This document shows, one piece after another, positions 62,301 to 64,000 of a stretch of DNA of 64,000 nt. This DNA comes from Macrostomum hystrix. Lineage: Eukaryota; Animalia; Platyhelminthes. The stretch lies in NCBI GenBank assembly GCA_950097015.1, contig CATNEN010000038.1, forward strand, positions 29,264,001-29,328,000, given 5' to 3'. Below the pieces are notes generated by a model that worked only from the letters and a program-made list of their open reading frames with translations, was not told where the DNA came from and made no database searches. Position numbers and translations under genes: made by a program. Position 1 is the first letter of the stretch, and each line of letters begins with the position of its first letter.

Positions 62301-64000
62301 AGAACCAAACAAGAATCGCAGCTAAGAACCAAACAAGAATCGCAGCTAAGAACCAAACAAGAATCGCAGCTAAGAACCAAACTAGAATCGCAGCTAAGAA
62401 CCAAACTAGAATCGCAGCTAAGAACCAAACAAGAATCGCAGCTAAGAACCAAACTAGAATCGCAGCTAAGAACCAAACTAGAATCGCAGCTAAGAACCAA
62501 ACAAGAATCGCAGCTAAGAACCAAACAAGAATCGCAGCTAAGAACCAAACAAGAATCGCAGCTAAGAACCAAACAAGAATCGCAGCTAAGAACCAAACTA
62601 GAATCGCAGCTAAGAACCAAACAAGAATCGCAGCTAAGAACCAAACTAGAATCGCAGCTAAGAACCAAACTAGAATCGCAGCTAAGAACCAGACAAGAAT
62701 CGAAGCTAAGAACCAAACTAGAATCGCAGCTAAGAACCAAACAAGAATCGCAGCTAAGAACCAAACAAGAATCGCAGCTAAGAACCAAACTAGAATCGCA
62801 GCTAAGAACCAAACTAGAATCGCAGCTAAGAACCAAACAAGAATCGCAGCTAAGAACCAAACTAGAATCGCAGCTAAGAACCAAACTAGAATCGCAGCTA
62901 AGAACCAAACTAGAATCGCAGCTAAGAACCAAACTAGAATCGCAGCTAAGAACCAGACAAGAATCGAAGCTAAGAACCAAACTAGAATCGCAGCTAAGAA
63001 CCAAACTAGAATCGCAGCTAAGAACCAAACTAGAATCGCAGCTAAGAACCAGACAAGAATCGAAGCTAAGAACCAAACTAGAATCGCAGCTAAGAACCAA
63101 ACTAGAATCGCAGCTAAGAACCAAACTAGAATCGCAGCTAAGAACCAAACTAGAATCGCAGCTAAGAACCAAACTAGAATCGCAGCTAAGAACCAAACTA
63201 GAATCGCAGCTAAGAACCAAACTAGAATCGCAGCTAAGAACCAAACTAGAATCGCAGCTAAGAACCAAACTAGAATCGCAGCTAAGAACCAAACTAGAAT
63301 CGCAGCTAAGAACCAAACAAGAATCGCAGCTAAGAACCAAACTAGAATCGAAGCTAAGAACCAAACAAGAATCGCAGCTAAGAACCAAACTAGAATCGCA
63401 GCTAAGAACCAAACTAGAATCGCAGCTAAGAACCAAACTAGAATCGCAGCTAAGAACCAAACAAGAATCGAAGCTAAGAACCAAACAAGAATCGTAGCTA
63501 AGAACCAAACTAGAATCGCAGCTAAGAACCAAACAAGAATCGCAGCTAAGAACCAAACTAGAATCGCAGCTAAGAACCAAACAAGAATCGCAGCTAAGAA
63601 CCAAACTAGAATCGCAGCTAAGAACCAAACTAGAATCGCAGCTAAGAACCAAACTAGAATCGTAGCTAAGAACCAGACAAGAATCGAAGCTAAGAACCAA
63701 ACTAGAATCGCAGCTAAGAACCAAACTAGAATCGCAGCTAAGAACCAAACTAGAATCGCAGCTAAGAACCAAACTAGAATCGCAGCTAAGAACCAAACAA
63801 GAATCGCAGCTAAGAACCAAACAAGAATCGCAGCTAAGAACCAAACTAGAATCGCAGCTAAGAACCAGACAAGAATCGAAGCTAAGAACCAAACTAGAAT
63901 CGCAGCTAAGAACCAAACAAGAATCGCAGCTAAGAACCAGACAAGAATCGAAGCTAAGAACCAAACTAGAATCGCAGCTAAGAACCAAACTAGAATCGCA
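59310..64000. repeat. 24-bp satellite running to the window end
   Basis: AGAATCGCAGCTAAGAACCAAAC(T/A). Confidence 0.98.

Noticed and set aside
59276-63988. 1570-aa LVLSCDSS ORF
   Set aside because: It is the stop-free frame of a 24-bp satellite. The ORFs at 26165-26728, 28203-29440, 50210-51343, 51872-52288 and 57810-58450 have the same cause.

Overview
Eukaryotic (animal) genomic DNA made mostly of nested transposable elements and minisatellites. The style suggests a free-living flatworm such as Macrostomum; this is inference only. 1-4810: the 5' part of an RTE-type LINE inserted in a decayed Gypsy element. 4811-~21900: a nest of CMC/EnSpm-type DNA transposons with CCCTAG(A)n ends, carrying transposase and/or BEN-domain genes; two of them are fused end-to-end and sit, with a 2-bp TSD, inside the BEN gene of a third. 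24402-27905: a GPCR pseudogene hit by a LINE fragment. 29.7-31.7 kb: two exons of an unknown gene. 36.75-40.1 kb: a tyrosine-recombinase retrotransposon (Ngaro-like). 40452-45956: a full-length Ingi-like LINE with a 12-bp TSD, itself interrupted by a Loa-like LINE with a 15-bp TSD. 49079-52610: an intact two-exon peptide GPCR. The rest is mostly satellites. The main observation is that both LINEs with an intact 5' end begin at the G1 of a hand-folded HDV-like ribozyme, followed by an AUG-less open frame and an NPGP (2A-like) motif ahead of the endonuclease.
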